Assembly (NCBI GenBank): GCA_963840035.1
Contig: CAWIXE010000001.1
Coordinates: 672,001-736,000, forward strand
Source: a candidate division FCPU426 bacterium
GTDB taxonomy: Bacteria; Oederibacteriota; PGYV01; Palsa-1178
DNA: 64,000 nucleotides
Direction of reading: 5' to 3'
The notes under the pieces are model-generated. The model ran no database searches. It was not told the origin of the DNA and saw only the letters and a program-made list of their open reading frames with translations. Shown in pieces: positions 59,503 to 64,000 of the stretch; positions within the stretch are counted from its first letter, which is position 1; each line of letters starts with the position of its first letter. The position numbers and the translations under genes were made by a program.

Positions 59503-59698
59503 ATTTTAGGCTGTGTGCGGGGCGTCGAGGATTGAAAATAGATCAGCAGGTTCCCAAGGGGAGAGGGAATAAAAGTGCGGTATGTAATTTACACACGATC
59601 GTAAACACTGTACGTTTCTTATGCGCCTTGACAATACCAAAATTCAATGATACTTTGAATTTGCAGGAGACATAAAATAACGCGGCCGCGGCGGGCGG

Positions 59699-60742
59699 AT
59701 GAGGAAACGTAAATTGAAAAAACTTGTAATCAAGGACATCGCGAGGCTTGCCGGGGTCAGCTACAGCGCGGTATCGAAGACTATCAATAATTATCCGGAC
59801 ATTTCCGACGTTACAAGGAAAAAAATCCAAAAAATAATCATCAAACACAATTACTGCCCCTCAAAATCGGCCCAGGCCCTGCGCAGCGGGAAAAACAACA
59901 ATATAGCTTTTATGTCCGGGAGGATCGCATCGCATTTTACCGTTGATATACTCGGCGCCATTGAAAGGCGGACTTTTGCCACCGGAAAATATGTGCACGG
60001 GATAATCCCTTACTCCACCAATTACGACACCGGCATAATGAATGAAATATTCGACAAGATACTTTATGGCAGGGAAGCTTCGGCTGTCGTGGCGCTGGCC
60101 ATGAATCCCCCTTCCGGCATACTGCAAAAGCACAGGAAGGCTGGGATTCCGGTGATACTCATAGAGAACTTCATGAAAAATGCCCATACTGTAAATATAG
60201 ACAACAAAAAAGCCGGATTTATGGCGGCCCAGTACCTTATAAAAAGCGGCAGGAAAAACATAGGAATCATATGCGGCGGGCTCAAAGCCGGGTCAAAATT
60301 CGGATACAGTTACGCGGCGGTGGAAAGAAAAGCCGGGTTTGACGCTGCGCTCAAAGAGCATGGGGTCAAATCAGGGGATGAGTACCTGGTAGAATGCGGC
60401 CAGTATACGATTTCGGAAGGCATGGAAATCTTTGGCTCGATGATGAAAAAAGGAAAAATCCCGGGCGCCATTTTCTGCGCTTCCGGAGACATGACCGCTG
60501 TCGGGGTGATGGAGAGCGCGAAAAAACACGGATTGAAAATACCGGATGACCTGGCGGTCATCGGATTTGATGATTCGGAATGCTCGGCCTTTGTCAATCC
60601 GCCGCTGACCACAATAAGGCAGCCGATTGAAAAGATTGGCGCGGAAGTTTTTGACATGGCGGTTGAGGCAATAGGGGGCAAATTAAAAAAATTCAGGCAT
60701 GTTTTGGTGGAACCGGAGCTAATCATAAGAAAGTCGGCTTAA
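59699..60742 (+). CDS. LacI-family transcriptional regulator
   Basis: IKDIARLAGVS..VS, LAVIGFDD, PPLTTIRQP, EPELIIRKSA. Confidence 0.95.
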   Translation: MRKRKLKKLVIKDIARLAGVSYSAVSKTINNYPDISDVTRKKIQKIIIKHNYCPSKSAQALRSGKNNNIAFMSGRIASHFTVDILGAIERRTFATGKYVHGIIPYSTNYDTGIMNEIFDKILYGREASAVVALAMNPPSGILQKHRKAGIPVILIENFMKNAHTVNIDNKKAGFMAAQYLIKSGRKNIGIICGGLKAGSKFGYSYAAVERKAGFDAALKEHGVKSGDEYLVECGQYTISEGMEIFGSMMKKGKIPGAIFCASGDMTAVGVMESAKKHGLKIPDDLAVIGFDDSECSAFVNPPLTTIRQPIEKIGAEVFDMAVEAIGGKLKKFRHVLVEPELIIRKSA

Positions 60743-60746
60743 AATC

Positions 60747-60975
60747 GATATTGTCAAGAATTGTGTGTAAATTGTTTTGTTCTTTTTTCCCTTTCCCCTT
60801 GGGAGAGGGTAGGGTGAGGGGAATAAGACAATTGGTTTCACCTCACCCCAGCCCCTCTCTCCCCCGCAAGGGGGGACTATAAATAGCTAAGAGGAGAGGG
60901 GGGAGCAGTGGTAGAAGAAAATTAACACGTTTAATATAAGCAAATATGAATTTACACACGATTGTATACAATAAC
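60747..60975. mobile_element. IS256-like MITE carrying a REP doublet
   Basis: 27-bp TIRs (22/27 identical): gatattgtcaagaattgtgtgtaaatt / aatttacacacgattgtatacaataac; 9-bp TSD cttaaaatc at 60738-60746 and 60976-60984. Confidence 0.8.
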
Positions 60976-60991
60976 CTTAAAATCGAGCATA

Positions 60992-61035
60992 TTGACATTT
61001 TGAGCTGTTTTTGGTATATTTAACTAAATCGATTT
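60992..61035 (+). promoter_or_regulatory. Promoter for GH74 gene with possible LacI-type operator core
   Basis: TTGACA-N17-TATATT; palindrome AAATCGATTT 61026-61035. Confidence 0.5.
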
Positions 61036-61093
61036 CGATAAATTGGCAAGTCGCGCGATTGCTTTGTAATACTCTCCAGAAAAGCGGGGCATT

Positions 61094-64000
61094 ATGCATG
61101 GGAAAAAGAATATGACAAGGTTAAGAGGTGTTATTTTTTACGGCGTCATTTTGCTCCTGCTGTCCGGAGATATATCCGCCGCCTGGAAAAATGTCGTGGT
61201 ACCGGCCGGCGGCGCCATACAGGATGTCGTATTCAGCAGGGCCGAGCAGGGGCTTAGTTATATCCGCACGGACATGGGCGGGGCTTACCGCAAGGACAAT
61301 AACAACAGCAACTGGATACCCTTGACTGACTGGCTTGATGACTGGAATTTATACGGGGTCGAGAGCATAGCGCCGGACCCGGTAAATCCGGATATTGTTT
61401 ATGCCGCTTTAGGGCAGACTTACGCCGGCACAAACGGCGCTTTTATAGTTTCAAATGACCGCGGAAATACATGGACTCAGCATCCCCTTCCTTTTATGTG
61501 CGGCGCTAACAATTCCAATAATTACGCCGGCGAACGCCTGGCCATAGACCCAAATCTCAGGACAACGTTATTTTTTGGTTCGCGTCTTGACGGGCTGTGG
61601 AAGAGCACAAACTCCGGGGCCGACTGGAACAAAATCACCTCATTTCCGGTAAACGGCGACTCCGGCAACGGATTAAGCTATGTTATTCTTGATAAAAACA
61701 GCGGCACTTCAGGGAACGCATCGCAGACAATTTATGTCGGAGTTCAGGCGGTTGGTTCCGGAAACAGCAATCTTTACCGTTCTTTAAACGGCGGAACAAC
61801 ATGGTCCGTGATTCCGGGAGGGCCATCGGGCATGTCCACTCCGCAGGCATCGCTTGGTTCCGATGGAAATCTGTGGGTTGTCTGCAACAATTCAAACACA
61901 ACCGGGCAGATATGGAAACTAAATACCGGCACCCTTGTGTGGAATAATATATCCCCGGCAGCGGGGCCCGGAGCCGGCTCCGGCGGATACGCCGGTATCA
62001 GCGTCGATTATCAGAACGCGCAGCACGCGGTTGTGTCCACGACGGGCTGGTGGGGCGGCACTGACAAGTGTTTCCAGACAACAAACGGCGGGACTTCATG
62101 GACCATTATTGCAAATACCCAAAACAACTGGAATTCGGGCCCATACCCGGTTTATAATATAAACGGGGCGCCGTGGACAAGGTTTTGCAGCATATATAAC
62201 GGCGGCGCCTGGCTGATATCCTGCGTGCAGATAGACCCTTTTAATTCAAACAATGCCATTTATTCGACAGGCGGCGGCATCTGGTCCACGACAAACGTGC
62301 TTGCGGCCACGCAGCCGCAGGGGATTACCTGGACATTTACCGACTATGGCATAGAACAAACCGCGGTCCTGTTTATCAACCCGTCCTCAAAAGGCGGAAC
62401 TTTTTTCAGCTGCCTCGGGGACATAAGCGGAATGCGCTATACAAACCTTGACGCGCCTGCGCCCAATAAATACTGCAGCCCGCACGTGGGAAACACCCTT
62501 TGCCTGGATTACGCGGAGAATAACATAAACATCGTGGCGCGCGTCGGCAACAGCGGAGCAGTAGCCACTGACACCGCGTTTTCCACGGACAATGGGCAGA
62601 ATTGGGCACCTGCGGCGTCAGCTCCGCCGGGCTATGGAACAAGCAATGAGATGCGTTCATGCGCGGTGGCTGCAAACGGGTCGCGCGTGTTAGTTTGTCC
62701 CAATGCCGGTTACGGCAATCCCGCTTATACCCTTAACAGCGGTTCGAGCTGGACTGCGTGCAACGGCCTGCCGTCAGGCTCGGATCTGGCATCCGACCGC
62801 GTAAACTCCTCTGTTTTCTTTGCCACCAACGGCAGCAACCTATACTTAAGCACCGACGGAGGCGCCAACTTCAGCATGGTTAATAATTTTTCCGGCAACG
62901 GGGCGCCGCGCCCGGTTTTCGGATTAACAGGGGAAGTATGGGTGGCTACCGGGGACGGCCTTTACCGCTTTACAAATAACGGTTCGACAAAAACTACAAT
63001 CAGCAATGTTTCGTCCGCCAACTCAGTTGGTTTCGGCAAAGCCGCGTCAGGACAGCCGCATCCCGCGGTATATCTTTCCGGAACTGCCGGCGGCCAACGC
63101 GGATTTTTCAGGTGCGATGACGGGGTTGGGACATCATGGCTTAGGATAAATGACAATGCCCACCAGTACGGATATGCCGGATGGTGCGGCGGGGATCAGG
63201 AAGTTTACGGAAGGATGTACATAGGCACCAACGGCCGCGGCACGCTTTACTGCGACAGCGCCTCTGGCACCGCGACCCCGACAACGTCAGGAACGCCGCC
63301 GAGCGTTACGTTTACCCCGACAATTACGAAGACACATACTATTACACCGACATACACAGTGACGCCCATGCAGTGCAGTGATGCGATATATTCCGGGGAG
63401 GCTCCCCATAACCTGGCATCGGGCGGGAGTTATATAGACACGGGCGGAACTGTAAGCGAAGTCACGGCACAATCACATTCCGCAACGCACAGCATGCAGG
63501 TGCATTTTTTATGGCCTGACGGCTGGTATCAGGGTATGGCATATAACTGGGCGAACTGGAACGCGTCAGGGGCATATAACGCGTCAAACGCTTCCGCGCT
63601 TAGCGTGTGGCTTAAGTCGGAAACCGGAACCATAAGCACATTATCCGTCTCTTTGCACGATTCGGCGGGTGTTGGCACGAATAATATCCAGGTGACGACA
63701 TATCTGACAGGGGGCGTAACTACAACCTGGCAGGAGCTTAAGATTCCGCTTTCAGCTTTTACAGGCGCTGATATGTCGCTGCTCTGGGAACTGAGGATAA
63801 CTACGGGAGGGTCCCAGGCAGGGGACCAGATTATTTATCTTGACGACCTTGCATTCATAAATGGCTGCGATACGCCGACCTTTACGCCTACCGCCATAAA
63901 CAGCCCCACATATACCAGGACAGCGTCATTGACCGCGACACGCACAGCTACAGCGGCAAATACTTTTACCTCCACGCAGAGCCCTACCGGGACAAGCACA
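61094..64000 (+). CDS. GH74 xyloglucanase-like protein with PT linkers and CBM-like domain; runs off the window
   Basis: Own translation: signal peptide, WKNV..GG, YIRTDMGGAYR, GERLAIDPN, SCLGDISG, MYIGTNGRG, later WQELKIPLSAF; same frame at the positions checked up to 64000. Confidence 0.88.
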   Translation, partial: MHGKKNMTRLRGVIFYGVILLLLSGDISAAWKNVVVPAGGAIQDVVFSRAEQGLSYIRTDMGGAYRKDNNNSNWIPLTDWLDDWNLYGVESIAPDPVNPDIVYAALGQTYAGTNGAFIVSNDRGNTWTQHPLPFMCGANNSNNYAGERLAIDPNLRTTLFFGSRLDGLWKSTNSGADWNKITSFPVNGDSGNGLSYVILDKNSGTSGNASQTIYVGVQAVGSGNSNLYRSLNGGTTWSVIPGGPSGMSTPQASLGSDGNLWVVCNNSNTTGQIWKLNTGTLVWNNISPAAGPGAGSGGYAGISVDYQNAQHAVVSTTGWWGGTDKCFQTTNGGTSWTIIANTQNNWNSGPYPVYNINGAPWTRFCSIYNGGAWLISCVQIDPFNSNNAIYSTGGGIWSTTNVLAATQPQGITWTFTDYGIEQTAVLFINPSSKGGTFFSCLGDISGMRYTNLDAPAPNKYCSPHVGNTLCLDYAENNINIVARVGNSGAVATDTAFSTDNGQNWAPAASAPPGYGTSNEMRSCAVAANGSRVLVCPNAGYGNPAYTLNSGSSWTACNGLPSGSDLASDRVNSSVFFATNGSNLYLSTDGGANFSMVNNFSGNGAPRPVFGLTGEVWVATGDGLYRFTNNGSTKTTISNVSSANSVGFGKAASGQPHPAVYLSGTAGGQRGFFRCDDGVGTSWLRINDNAHQYGYAGWCGGDQEVYGRMYIGTNGRGTLYCDSASGTATPTTSGTPPSVTFTPTITKTHTITPTYTVTPMQCSDAIYSGEAPHNLASGGSYIDTGGTVSEVTAQSHSATHSMQVHFLWPDGWYQGMAYNWANWNASGAYNASNASALSVWLKSETGTISTLSVSLHDSAGVGTNNIQVTTYLTGGVTTTWQELKIPLSAFTGADMSLLWELRITTGGSQAGDQIIYLDDLAFINGCDTPTFTPTAINSPTYTRTASLTATRTATAANTFTSTQSPTGTST

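Overview
Bacterial chromosomal window (~45% GC, almost all genes on +) from a diderm, probably uncultured lineage. It has many Thr/Pro-linker proteins with 'YPNP...WDG'-type C-terminal domains and PorV-like barrels; taxonomy cannot be fixed from the sequence alone. Housekeeping genes include grpE-dnaJ-fixC-fixX-coaX, lepA, queE, an ABC-F, rnpB, guaB-guaA and xerD. The right third is a hemicellulose locus: a tightly coupled operon (malectin/CBM9 protein, PorV-TPR, HAMP-PP2C phosphatase, STAS, anti-sigma kinase, LacI) precedes a frameshifted ~1,900-aa GH30-GH43-CBM6-GH10-CBM-CBM3 gene, a second LacI and a GH74. Intergenic DNA is dense with GTAG-footed REPs (including a 112-113 bp tandem array), two MITE types with target-site duplications, and mirror-image 6-9-mer repeats. 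Best novelty candidates: (1) an ORF6N-type DNA-binding gene whose internal 27-bp palindromes recur as six covarying non-coding copies around it, with a related in-gene palindrome in a Bro-N gene and an identical operator upstream of both loci; (2) a putative trans-envelope carbohydrate-sensing partner-switch cascade; (3) RNase P RNA whose 5' helices overlap the last codons of a LemA-like gene. Family calls come from motif recognition only; no searches were run.
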